NCBI GenBank assembly: GCA_035221665.1 | Contig: CM069141.1 | Span: 30,504,001 to 30,568,000, forward strand | DNA from: Okamejei kenojei | Taxonomy: Eukaryota | DNA: 64,000 nt | Direction: 5' to 3' | Shown here: piece after piece, positions 39,428 to 51,019 of the stretch | Numbering within the stretch: position 1 is the first letter of the stretch | Layout of the letters: the number at the start of each line of letters is the position of its first letter | Position numbers and translations under genes: made by a program | The notes under the pieces: model-generated | What the model was told of the DNA's origin: nothing | What the model saw: only the letters and a program-made list of their open reading frames with translations | The model's database searches: none

Positions 39428-40617
39428 TCGTGTAGCTAGTGACCCCAGGAGCCCCCCGCAGAACCGGCGGCAGGAAAATGAGCGGGCCGACAAAACAACG
39501 CAGCCTGACTCATAAACGTACAGGCAGACCGTGAGGGCAGTCGTCGAAAAGGGATGGAAAGTGCTCACCTTCTATCGAAATGACCTGAGGTGGTGCTGTT
39601 CTCGGCGGTCGGGCTGCAGAAACAGCTCTCGACCTGAGGTGGCGCTGTTGATGGCGGTCAAAGCAGGTCGAACGTCGCTTCCAGCCGGCCGCGGCGGCTA
39701 TTTCAGCAGTCATTGCAGCAGCCATGTGGGAGTGGGCCCCGGACGCCATTTTGGCGGCCGGCTGAGGCGACCTTTACAGGCGGCTGAAGCGATTCCCAGA
39801 TGCGTGCGGGATGGCCGGCATCGATGCGCCACACCCCACCGCTGCATGTAGGCACTCCACCCACCGCACCCCCGGTGGAGACTGGAAGCTGCCGGGGAAT
39901 TCGTCGCCGGACCGCCGACTCACGACCGGCCGAGGCTCCACCCCATTGCTGGGCCGACCACAGCCCGACCAGACAGGCGGCCAGCGGCCGAGGATCGTCG
40001 AGGTCCGTGCCGGTGAGGAGCAGATGGACATCTTTGGGCATCCGCACCAGGTAGGCCTACTCTACTTCGAGAGACTAGGCAATGAGCAGCGGCCGGCACA
40101 GTGTCGGGTTGCTGACGGTCGGTGGCCAGCTCCGGGTGGGTCATGCGGGAGCGAAAGCGAGGGCCACTCTCACCCCGCTCCCGGGGCTGGCGGGTGGCGG
40201 TGCCGGTGATGCTGAGAGCTCCGGTGGGAAGTAGCTGGTAGGGGGGTGGCGGCAGCAGCGGCCTCTCAGCCCCAGTGGTTGGCTCCTGGCGGGTCATGCG
40301 GGAGAGATTGGGGGCTGTCAAAGAAGGCCCTGATGGCGCACCCCAACCCGGGCGGACTGCGGCTGCTGAGACCAGGCACAGGCGGGAAGCGAGTGGCCAA
40401 CCATGGCAGCAGAGCCCAAAGGCATGTTACTGGTGGGAGTTGAGCGGCCCGACCCCAGCGGCGGGGCCCAAGGCGGCGTCCGGGTACCGCACAGAGTTGA
40501 CGGCTGCAATCATAATGGTAATTACCTTAGAGCTGGGCTGTCGGCTGCAGACATCAGGTCACCATGGTAGATGGTCGGCTGCATGTGTCGGGAAATCCAA
40601 AATCTCCATTTTGAAAT

Positions 40618-40630
40618 GTCAGGGTCACCA
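40618..40630 (-). promoter_or_regulatory. Primer-binding site, tRNA-Trp-like
   Basis: TGGTGACCCTGAC differs by one base from the tRNA-Trp PBS start TGGTGACCCCGAC. Confidence 0.75.
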
Positions 40631-40957
40631 ATGTAGAGGCACAAAACATGGTGAACAAACGGGTTACTTTAATCAGGCACAATAGGTTCATTATACAAGC
40701 ACGTTGGTCTCTAACACAAAGTTGTTGTTGCTGCTGCGAGCCCCTGCTGAGGTGGAAGGACACTCACCCAAAGAGAGAAGAGAGCTGGTCAGCTCAAAGT
40801 CAGAGAGAGAGAGGGTTGTCCCGGGGTTCGTTATATATATCAGGACTCACCGCTATACCCCGTGACAACTCCTCCCTGCCATTGCCCAGTCACGTGACCC
40901 TACCCCCCGACTGCTGAGGGTTTGTGTAGCTAGTGGCCCAACCACAGTGCCGCCGCA

Positions 40958-41050
40958 GTAGACAAAAATGCTGGAGAAACTCAGCGGGTGAGGCAGCATC
41001 TATGGAGCGAAGGAATATTCCCGCTCACCTGCTGAGTTTCTCCATCATTC
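40958..41050 (-). mobile_element. Penelope-derived repeat, right part with short inverted arm
   Basis: Consensus match, then ctcacctgctgagtttctcca in the opposite orientation. Confidence 0.85.
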
Positions 41051-41854
41051 TGGACAATATTTTGAAACCTATGTGTTTATAACACACTGAAAATGTATTT
41101 CTTGCCATTGCACAAAAGCAAATTACCACAGATGTCAGAAATCTGAACTTAAATGTCCAATATTTTGTTTCTTTACTTGCTATCTTTGGCCATACACTGT
41201 CACCCTGATTATCAGGTAATTTATCTACATTCGAAAACTATTTCTAAGGTTTTTTTTCAGTGTGGAATAAGTGCCTCTCTGTCTCTGCTTCTCCCTGTCT
41301 GGCTCATAGATACCATATAACCTACACAATATTTCCAGCATTTTATGTTTTATCTATTTCCTATTGATATACAAGTAATGTTCCTTTACCAGTACACAGG
41401 ATTAAATTGCTCTCCCACTTCAAATTGTTATTTTTATCGCATAGTCAAAATCAATTGTTCTCTGTCAGATTTGTTTTTAAAATGCTCGGTAAGCAGGGAA
41501 TTAAGAATCACTGCACTCTGAAGCATGGGATCTGTTAATCTTGAGTACTTGACACATTTATGGTAATTTCATGAGAGGTTTGCCTTATATTGGAAAATAA
41601 ATTATGTTGTCTGTAATCTGCTTGACAAGATATTATTCTTTAATATGGTTTTGTTTAATTTAACAGTAATCAATGAATATGCACAATTTGTAGTTTGCTG
41701 CTTTCTTTAAGGAATGCTTTGAGAAAGTAATATTTTCTCATAGAGTTATTACTGAGTCGCTTTCTTAAAACACTTAAGCCATTCCAGTGAAGTAACTCCC
41801 GCAGTGGAGCTGAATCATGAGTTTGAGAATTTCAACCCAGCAATGTTGAAGGAC

Positions 41855-42130
41855 AGAAGATAGACACAAAAAGCTGGAGTAACTCAGCGGGACAGGCAGC
41901 ATCTCTGGAAAGAAGAAATGGGTGATGTTTCGGTTCGAGACCCTTCTTCAGACTCTTTGGGGATAAGGGAAACGAGATATAGTCGATGAAGTAGAGAGAT
42001 AAAGAACAATGAATGAAGGATATGCACAAAAAATAAAGATGATAAAGGAAACAGGACATTGTTTGCTGTTTGTGAGGTGAAAATGAAAAGCTAGTGCGAC
42101 TTGGGTGGGGGAGGGACAGAGAGAGAGGGA
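41855..42130 (-). mobile_element. Penelope-like 3' UTR plus terminal repeat with hammerhead motif
   Basis: Reverse complement of ~41919-41955 is GAGU CUGAAGA A GGGUCUCGAACC GAAA CAUC ACCC. The UTR resembles 54380-54560. Confidence 0.88.
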
Positions 42131-42284
42131 ATTGGGACCTATTTCCAAAGCAAAAGGATGTGCAACTTGAAGAGGGACTTGCAGGTGGTGGTGTTCCCAT
42201 TCACCTGTTGCCTTCATCCTTCTCAGTGGTATGGATTGTGGCTTTGGAGGTAGCCTACACGTGCAACTGCAGTGCTGCACATTT

Positions 42285-42443
42285 AGGGGCTGCACAGTAG
42301 TACAGCGGTAGAGTTGCTACATTACAGTGCCAGATTCAATCCTGACAACGGATGCAGTCTCCACAGAGTTTGTACGTTCTCCCCGTGACCGTGTGAGTTT
42401 TCTCCGGGTGCTCCAGTTTCCTCCCACACTCCAAAGACATACA
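42285..42443 (+). mobile_element. V-SINE 5' half
   Basis: tRNA head and V core gagtttgtacgttctccccgtgacc...ctcccacactccaaagac. Confidence 0.85.
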
Positions 42444-42569
42444 CATCTTGTTCCTAATTGTCACCTATCCATTCCCTTCACAGGTGCAGCCTGACCTGTT
42501 GAGTTAATCCAGCACTTTATGTTTCACTAATACAACGTTTATGTTGATACCCATTGAACTGGTTTTACC

Positions 42570-43700
42570 AGGGCATCTTGACATTAAACTTGGTCAAATG
42601 CTTCCTTGGTGGCAAGGGCAGCTCCTCTCACTCACCTCTAGAATTCAGCTCTATGTTTTTTTATTTGTGTCAAAGCTGTGTTGAGGTCTAGAATCAAGTG
42701 ATCCTTGCAAAACCCAACCTGGACAGCAGTGAGAAAATTATTAGTGGCAATTGCCACTGATAGCACTGTTGATGGTGGCTTCCATCACTTTTCTAATGAT
42801 TGAGCAGTAATTCTCTGGTTTGTAATTCTCCCTTTTGGTCAATGGGACAAAACTATCCAATTTTTACCATTGTTGGGTAGATGCGAATGTGGTAACTCGA
42901 CCAGAACAGTTTAGCTAAGGTATAGCTGGTTCTGGAGCATAGATCGTTAGTACTACCATTTAGATATTGTCTGATCCTACTGTTTTGCTATATGCAATGC
43001 TTTCTTAATATCACATGGAGTGAATCAAACTGGCCAAAGTATAATTTCTGTGATGGTGGGATGTCAGGGATAGCCAAGGTGAAACATCCACTTTGATCTT
43101 CTGGAGAAACAGGTTGCAAATGTTTCAACCTTTTCTTTAGTGGACCCCAATGCTGAGTCCAGACATTGTTGAGAATGGGGTTGTAGTTTGAATATTCTTC
43201 TCCCATCAGCTGTTTAACTATCCACTGCCATTCACAACGAGATGTGGAAGGTGGAAGACAGAGCTTCAATCAGATGCATTGATTTTGAATTCACTTAGTT
43301 TTGTCCACTGCATGCTAGTTTTGTGGTTTAGTAAGCAGATAGTCCTGCATTCACTGGGTTGGTACCTCGTCACTTTTAGGTATGCTTGTCCTTCTGCATT
43401 CTTCATTGATTCATTGGTTTGATTGTAATGGCAGAGAGAATGATGTGCTGAACAATGCAGTTCCTGTATGTTAGTGTCAACTTCTGCTGCTGCTGTAGAT
43501 GGTCCAGAGTGCCTCACAGATGCACAACTTTGAGATTCCTGACCGGTTTTGAGACCACCCATTCAGCACAATTGTAGTATAGGATGGTTTGATGTGAAGA
43601 CAGGACATTGTCTCCACAAAGACTATGTTGTGTCTACTTCAACCAATTCTAACATGGACAGATGTCAACACGTATGTTGGCGAGGATAAGATCAAATTAT
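42570..43700 (-). mobile_element. Old CR1/L2-group LINE ORF2 remnant
   Basis: KLCLP.ST..EWQWIVKQL...PILN (ORF 42988-43269), followed by degenerate GxDNI/CAPE-type pre-RT motifs. Confidence 0.65.
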
Positions 43701-43821
43701 TGTGTCCCGTATGTCAGTTCATTCACTGTCTGCGGACTCTGTTTGACCACTTCTTAGTTGGTGGCATATTGACTTGATTGGGGCTATAGAAATTCCTTAA
43801 TATGTTCTCTTTATCAATGTT

Positions 43822-44672
43822 TTAGATTAGATTCAATTTTATTGTCATTGCACATTTACAGTACAACAAAATGGTTTAACCTTGCAGTCATAACATAGAA
43901 TAAAATAACAAAACACACACTCAACACAGTTCAACATCCACCACAGTGAGTCCACCAGGCACCTCCTCACTGTGATGGAAGGCAAAAGTCCCAAAGTCGG
44001 TGTTTCTTCCCTCCTTGCTCTCCCTCCGATGTTGTGACCCCGCGGGGGGTGATAAGCAAGTCCCGCGGCTGAATCCGAGCTCCACGAACGGGCCGGTTCA
44101 AACTCCGCAGCCCGGGGCGGTCAAAGCTACCAAGGCAGCTGCCCTCCAGTCCAGCGGACGAAGCTGTTGTTGCGGGAGCCTCGGAAAAACAGGTCACCAA
44201 CCTGTGACCTGCGAGCTCCCGACGATGCCGACAGACGAGTCCACTGAGCCCGCGGCCGAGCCTCCGAGGCTCCGAAGTCGGGCCGCCGCCGCCGGAATGC
44301 GCCAGAGCCCCGAAGTCGACCAGCTTCGCGATGGTAAAGTTACTCTGGGTAAAGTTGGCAGTAATCAATGATCATAAATTAGCCATATCTCTTGCACATT
44401 ACTGCCAATTTCCTGATATGGCTCTGCCTCCGGAGCCTCGAGATCGGTCCCAGTTGGAGGCCACCAGCTGCGCCATTAGGCCTCAGCGCAGACGGAGACG
44501 GGGGATACGACAGAAAAGGTCGCATCCCCACGAAGGAAGAGACCAAAAACATGTTACTCCCACACCCCCCCCCCAACACACACTCATACACAACCAAAAT
44601 GAACTAAAATAAACTGAAACGGGACAAAAAGAAAACAAAAAAGAAAAGACAAAACGGACCCAGCGCCACCAC
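43822..44672 (-). mobile_element. GC-rich non-coding retroposon with LINE-like (Rex1/L2-type) 3' tail
   Basis: Minus strand ends caatgacaataaaattgaatctaatctaa. CpG-rich body with hairpins. Shares motifs with 57243-57698. Confidence 0.7.
44342..44423 (+). repeat. 82-bp direct copy of local sequence 45406-45488
   Basis: One substitution and one 1-bp indel between the copies. Confidence 0.95.
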
Positions 44673-44847
44673 TGAGATAAAAAAAAGATAATTGGTATCC
44701 AACTAGAATTTTTTGTTGACTGTTGTTGCGCTATTGCATTTGCTTTTCTTGGTATATCAACCACGTTCTTTCCAAGTGAAGAGACTTGAGGTGAGGTGAG
44801 ATGAATATTGATTGAGTGAATTGATTGAACGATACAGTATGGAAACA
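44673..44847 (-). repeat. About 175-bp inverted copy of 46484-46655
   Basis: attggtatccaactagaattttttgttgactg...gatacagtatggaaaca is the reverse complement of 46484-46655 with few differences. Confidence 0.95.
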
Positions 44848-46046
44848 CTGTACTGTGTATATTACATTTTTTATAAGATAGTGGGTTTTATTTGTGCACC
44901 ATACACAATCTAATGATTTTTAATGGAATGCTGATTATTAAAATGGCATTTTCATTGTACCATTTTCCTTCTAAGAAGCAGAATTTTAACTTGTTTTACA
45001 TCAGCTATTTGATGATATTTTGCATATAATCAATCACCAAGCAATGATTCACAAATGATTTTGAAAAGTATATGCATAATATGTACCTTCTTCGATGAGA
45101 TATTCATTTGTTCTGTGTTCACTACAATGAACCAGTTGGTCAGGTACATTTCATCTGTAATATGCTAAAGACTTCAACACATTCCGTACAATCTGCACTG
45201 ATCTCACTGGGACCCCATTTGATTGTGGATAATTCAGATTTAAATTTGGTGCATGAAAGAGTGATCCTTGTTAAATTGTCTGAATAATTTCTTGCAAATG
45301 TTGCCAACTGTTGTTAAAGACTCCATTAGGTCATCAGCATCTGAGAAAATTTGCTTTCTTACAATCTGTCATCATATTATTTGTTACAATAGCTTATTGT
45401 GCATAACTCTGGGTAAAGTTAGCAGTAATCAATGATCATAAAATTAGCCATATCTCTTGCACATTACTGCCAATTTCCTGATATGGCTAATGTGGTATTG
45501 GCGGATAATTTACTAGCTCTGCTTGCTGGCTTAGTCTATAATTTAAGCAGAATGTGTGCTTAGCTGCATTTGAGATTTCCTGACCATATGTCCCGAATGA
45601 ATCTTTTACAGATGCCTTTTATATAAACTTTTTGGCTTAACAATTTTATTATGTTCTATTCCCTTCATTAAGGTTTGCTGTTCTGTGCAGTTTCCGATTT
45701 CATGAATAATCGGAATGGAGAAGTGCGTTTTTTATTCACACTTTTTATATTTACGGAAAGTGCAGCTTTCAAATTTGATCAAATCGCATAAGTTGTTGAG
45801 ATTAATTAGCTTTGATGATTGAAAACAGCTAAACACATCTGGTGTAAACAATAAAGCATAGGTTTGATCATGGGGTGCAACCTGAGGACAGTTGGGATAC
45901 TGGGGGAAAGGCTACAGCTTGAGACGTGATCCTTCGGCATGGTTAGGCCTCACTAAAGGTTTGATAGGGAGCTGCCCGGCAACCTATTGCTCTGGGGAGA
46001 ATGATCAAATAAGCTTGCACCAGTTGAAGGAAGGAGGCCTATACTT

Positions 46047-46092
46047 TTTAAAGCAAGGTGCTCTTTGAATTTAAAGCAAGGTGCCCTTTGAA
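46047..46092. repeat. 23-bp tandem duplication
   Basis: TTTAAAGCAAGGTGC(T/C)CTTTGAA x2. Confidence 0.9.
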
Positions 46093-46302
46093 GGAACAAA
46101 ATTCAGTGATAAGGTTTGCATTGGATTAATGACCACTTTAACTACAGAGGTAGATGCCATTTATGGGAGTGGGTTCCCGCTCCAGCTACGGCATTCCTAA
46201 GCTTTTCAGAGTGGTATTTTCTTCCTGCCTCTTCTTTGTGAGGATCTAACAATGTTATGGACAGGACTGATCTGCTGTAAAGCATCACTCTATCTTTCTT
46301 TA

Positions 46303-46465
46303 GTAGAAACAAGGAATTGCAAATGCTGGTTAATACACAAAAGGACACAAAATATTGGAATGACTCAGCAGGTCAGGCAGCATCTCTGGAAAACATGGAT
46401 AGGTGATGTTCCGGGGTGGGAATCTTCTTTAGATAACTGAGTCTGAAGAAGGGTTTCTATCCAAA
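46303..46465. mobile_element. Penelope-derived repeat, head-to-head
   Basis: Minus-strand unit at 46303-46435, then plus-strand gtctgaagaagggtttc. Confidence 0.75.
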
Positions 46466-47469
46466 TGGGCAAACTAAGGGGCATGTTTCCATACTGTATC
46501 TTTCAATCAATTCAATCAATATTCATCTCACCTCAAGTCTCTTCACTTGGAAAGAACATGGTTGATGTACCAAGAAAAGCAAATGCAATAGCGCAACAAC
46601 AGTCAACAAAAAATTCTAGTTGGATACCAATGATCTAATTTTTTTATATATCTCATGAGCGAAAGCCAATTTGTCCTATTGAATTTATGCTCATTCTCAG
46701 AATATTTCCATCAGTGTGCCCATCAACTCCAATTTTTGTGCCACCTACCTAAACTAGACACAATCCGGAGCACCCAGTAAACCTATCAACATATCTTTGG
46801 GATATGGGATGAAATTGGAGCTTATGGTTGAATCTCACAAGAGCATGCAGACTCCACACAGGCAGCACCAGACGTCAGGACTGAACAAGGGCGACTGGAG
46901 GTGTGTGAAGGCAGAGCAAATGTGCCATTTGTTAATGTAGGTGACTGCACTATGCACTCTAGGTTAGTGCTCCTTTCAGTAGCACTATGAGTGGCACTTT
47001 CTCTTTCTAAACCACTTGTTGGGTGCAGCTATCACTGAGCAATGACCATGATATAGTGCATACAAATGGGTTAAGGAGTTGATAGCGATCCAGGTCCTCA
47101 TTTTGTAAACTTTATTGAAACATTCATCCTTTGACATATGATTTGTTTTCAACATTCCAACCAACATAAAATTATCTTATAATTTCTAAGTTGTTTCCAA
47201 ACTAAAATTCAGGTATACATATAATTGCCTGAATACGTAAATCAAGTACCAGAAAATTCTGAACCTGCCCCCTAGATTACACAGAGTCAGTGCTTCAGAG
47301 CACTGAAGATATACAACCAATGTTGTCTCCACAAACCTCTCCAGATCAATTGGCAGGTTAAATGAACATCAGTGTTCTCTCCCATGTCTCATTGGATCGC
47401 AGCAGATTAATCAGCTGAAGGAGGCGGTTGAAGCGCTGTACTACTTTGAGAGCTTTAAACTACCTTTAA

Positions 47470-47632
47470 TCAAACTTTATCTTGAACTAAATGTGGTAAC
47501 TTTATCCTTTCTCTGTACACTGTGGCCAGCTTGATTGTAATCAATGACAGTCTTTTCTTTGGCTGGATAGCACGCTACGGAAAGCTTTCCACTGTATCTC
47601 GTTACCCGTGACAATAATAAACTATACTAAAA
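47470..47632 (+). mobile_element. Rex1-type 3' UTR/tail fragment
   Basis: tgtacactgtgg...ttgattgtaatc...gtgacaataataaact. Confidence 0.7.
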
Positions 47633-48017
47633 CAAAACAGTACAACATCCCCAGCACTTTGGTACCTGTTAGATTCCATTACTTCTGTTGGATCTGCCAC
47701 GTCATATATGTACCCGACAACAGACCCTGTTGTTCACCTTATTCTGAGTTCATCAGAGCAAGAGATTAACAGGCAGATGGAGGAAAAACTTTCAAGATGT
47801 TTTTAAAGTTCACAACTTTCCCACTGACAAAGGGTCTCCAACCTGAAGCATTAACTCTGCTTCTCTTTCCACATAAGTTGCCCGACCTGCTAAGTCTTTC
47901 CAGCATTTTCTATTTTTTTATTTTTGCTTTGCAGCATATTAGTTTTTCTTACTTCCATCAACTGTTCCCTGACCTTGAACTATTCAGACTGAATGCCAGG
48001 GCACATGCACTAAACAA

Positions 48018-48322
48018 GCCACGGTGGCGCAGTGGTAGAGTTGTTATCTTACAGCACTTGCAGTTCAATCCTGACTATGGTTGTTGTCTGTACAGAATTT
48101 GTATGTTCTCCCCGTGACCTGCATGAGTTTTCTCTGAGATCTTTGATTTCCCCCCACATTCCAAAGACATACAGGTTAGTAGGTTAATTGGCATGGTATA
48201 TGTGTAAAATTGGACCCAGTGCGTGAAGGATACTGTTAATGTGCAGGGATCGTTGGTCGGCGCGAACTCGGTGGGCCAAAGGGCCTGTTTCCACACAGTA
48301 TCTCTAAATTAAACTAAACTAG
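48018..48322 (+). mobile_element. V-SINE (HE1-like), near full length
   Basis: cacggtggcgcagtggtagag head, V core, CR1-like tail and (aaact)n end. Confidence 0.9.
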
Positions 48323-48489
48323 AGCTATTAGGAAAGTACATATGATATAAATGGTGTGATCAGCAGTGATGTGGGTTTCATTCCAGAGTTAATGGAACCC
48401 AGAAACTGTTATAATTGTTCATATTTCTCTGGTGCGCTAACATTATTTTGGTGAATAGGTTTTCTGGCCCATGTTAGAACCATGGATGT

Positions 48490-48585
48490 GCAGTAAGGAA
48501 CTGCAGATGCTGGTTTAAATTGAAGATAGACACAAAATGCTGGAGTAATCAGCAGGACAGGCAGCATCTCTGGAGAGAAGGAAAG
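48490..48585 (-). mobile_element. Penelope-derived repeat fragment
   Basis: aaggaactgcagatgctggttt...gcagcatctctggagaagga. GAACCATG on both flanks. Confidence 0.85.
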
Positions 48586-48619
48586 GAGGATTATGAACCA
48601 TGCATAATGCACACTGCAC

Positions 48620-48800
48620 AAAACTTTACTGGCTTTATCTTTCACTAAATGTTATTTACGTTATTACCTTTAACATGTATCTGTACACTGTGAATGGCTC
48701 GATTTTAATCATATATTGTCTTTCTGCTGACTGGTTAGCACGCAATAAATGCTTTTCACTGTACCTCAGTGCACGTGACAATAAACTAAACTAAACTAAA
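48620..48800 (+). mobile_element. Rex1-type 3' UTR/tail fragment
   Basis: ...cacgtgacaataaactaaactaaactaaa. Confidence 0.75.
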
Positions 48801-48802
48801 TG

Positions 48803-49450
48803 TTCTGTAGTGCACCTGTAGAGATTTGTTAAGAGTATTTGGTGACATGCCAAATCTCTTCAGACTAAGGAAGTAGAGGGACTGGCATACCTTCTCCATG
48901 ATTACATCAATGTGCTGGGTCCTGGATAGGCCTTCCAAGTTAGTAAAGCCCAGGAAATTGAAGGTACACAAATGCTGGAGAAACTCAATGGGTGCAGCAG
49001 CATCAATGGAGCGAGGGAGATAGGCGACGTTTCAGGCCGAAACCCTTCTTCCTCCAGAGGGAGGTGCAGAACTTCTACAAAGTAGGCATACCTTGAGGAG
49101 ATTTTGCAGTGGAGTAGACAAAGTGTTAAAGAAGGAACTGCAGATGCTGGAAAATCGAGGGTACACAAAATGCTGGAGAAACTCAGCGGGTGCAGCAGCA
49201 TCTATGGAGCGAGGGAGATAGGCAACGTTTCAGTCGAAACCCTTCTTCCTAGTAAAGGCCAGGAAATCAATGATTATTTCCTTTTGTTTTGTTGATGTTG
49301 AGTGAGAGGTTGTTGTTGTGGTACCATGCAACCAGTTCTCTCCTGCAAGCTGACTCATCCTCACCTCTGCTGCAGCCAATGATCAAGGTGTCACTGGTGA
49401 ATTTGTATGTGACATCGGAGCTATGTTTAACCAAACAGTTATGGGTCTAC
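48803..49450 (-). mobile_element. Old Rex1 RT fragment hosting a Penelope insertion
   Basis: LSRTQHIDVIMEKVCQSLYFL and YKFTSDT-like motifs. Confidence 0.75.
48959..49249 (-). mobile_element. Penelope-like tandem pseudo-LTR insertion with 18-bp TSD
   Basis: Two direct copies of the terminal unit flank a short spacer. TAGTAAAG(C/G)CCAGGAAAT at 48941-48958 and 49250-49267. Confidence 0.9.
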
Positions 49451-49479
49451 TGAAATTAGTAGAACAGGGCGAAAATCTA

Positions 49480-49578
49480 AGACAGATACAAAAAAGCTGG
49501 AGTACAGGTCCGTACAGGTCAGGCAACATCTGTGGAGAAAAGGAATAGGTGACGTTTCGAGTCTAGACCCTTCTTCAG
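49480..49578 (-). mobile_element. Penelope-derived repeat fragment
   Basis: Consensus match, directly joined to a V-SINE head. Confidence 0.85.
49546..49578 (-). ncRNA. Minimal hammerhead ribozyme motif, best-preserved core
   Basis: Reverse complement is CUGAAGA A GGGUC UA GACUC GAAAC GUC ACCUA. All core nucleotides are present, but the 5' arm of stem I is lost. Confidence 0.65.
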
Positions 49579-49695
49579 GGAAAACTCACGCTGTCACAGG
49601 GAGAACATAAAAACTCCGTACCCATAGTCAGGATCGAACCTGTGTCTCTGGTACTATAAAGCAGCAGCTCTACCACTAGGCCACTGTGCCACCCG
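49579..49695 (-). mobile_element. V-SINE 5' fragment
   Basis: gtcaggatcgaacc...ctctaccact...tgtgccaccc. Confidence 0.8.
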
Positions 49696-51019
49696 CTAAT
49701 GATGCTCTGACGCCGACCTCAGAGGCTGAGATCACAGGGTTGTCAGGGGCTACGATGGCTTGTGATGTTGTGTCATGAAATGTAATCAGTACACCACAAA
49801 ACATGCACTGTTCCAGTTTTAATCCACATTGTTGAGGTAGACTCGACTTAGATAGCTTTAGAAATCTTTCTGTTGCTTCTGCAAAGACAACCGACAGTTT
49901 CCTGACTAACCGAGTCTTTTGCGTGATCTGAAAGATGACTCAATTGCAGAGGAAGGGATGGAAGGTGAAAATGAGAGGCAGTGTACAAGGTAGGTAGGAA
50001 TGGTTCCCGGTTTACACATACGTTGCTTGAAGTGTTGAAGCAGAGTTCAATGAAATACTGCTGGCATGATTCAATAAAAACAGGGCCAAAGCAAGCACAT
50101 ATGCAGGAAGCCATAATGCCTACTTAAACAAATATCACCAGAAAAATAAACTAATTTTGCACAAAATTTCTGATCATTGCTTTGCATTTGTTTATCTGAA
50201 TTTTTGATATCGACGCCCTAAAGTTTGACAATAAGCAATGCGTGGCTCTCGATTAAAATATTTATCAGCATGGATATATTTGTTGCTTAACTGTTTAACA
50301 ATCTTTCACACTGATTCAGACTGAAATATTCCCAAAAGTTCCCACATGTATATAATCTCAATCAAATTTTCAATCAAAATTCTGACCTAACACACTGCAA
50401 GTTGTTAAATACAATCACCTGGAACAACGAGGTATATATGAATTAACTGATCTCAGGGCGGGTCACAATTGACTAAGTTCCAATTGAGAGATGAGAAATG
50501 TAAGCTCGGCTTCCTTTTTTTGGTTGTTATCCTGAAAGAAATATTTAAAAATTGGACAGTACTGAAGATATCAGGTGATAGCAGGTTTGGGTTTAATTGA
50601 AGTACGTATTATTTCAATAAACTCCTGATAGTCACTGCCAAACCTCACAATGAGCTTAATGTAAGAGGTGCCAGATGGCAGGTAGCTTCTGTGGAACAAT
50701 ACTCAGGCACGAGGCAACACTTTAGAACAGGAAGGAAGTTAGAACAATAAACATTAGCCACTGAAGTTTGTATGGAGAGCTTCATTTATTTTTGCACAAT
50801 GGCTGCTGATTTTTGGTAAGAATTACATTGCTGGTGCACATTTCAGAATCAATTGTGCTTATTAGCAGCTGAGAAAATGCAATAGCAGGTGGTTTGCGTG
50901 TGGACAGTAAGCACACAAAAGTTGTCAGTTGGTTGATCGGATCTTGTCCAGTGCTGATACCAAAGTGGACCTCATCAACCCAGCCAACATACTGACGGAA
51001 CCACCTCTAGTACGCCTGT

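Larger units (their letters stand above)
39089..40957 (-). mobile_element. Internally deleted Gypsy-type LTR retrotransposon
   Basis: LTRs at 40632-40957 and 39089-39447 with TG...CA outer ends. 4-bp TSD GTAG (39085-39088, 40958-40961). PBS TGGTGACCCTGAC next to the 5' LTR, G-rich PPT at 39448-39465, and gag remnants (MPKDVHLLL...DPRPLAA, QRWG..RCRP). Confidence 0.9.

Noticed and set aside
39500-40920. Cluster of overlapping 60-136 aa ORFs
   Set aside because: This is stop-poor GC-rich interior of the LTR element. Only frameshifted gag remnants are meaningful.
43967-44848. Several overlapping ORFs
   Set aside because: They lie in a GC-rich repeat, and no protein motifs are recognisable.
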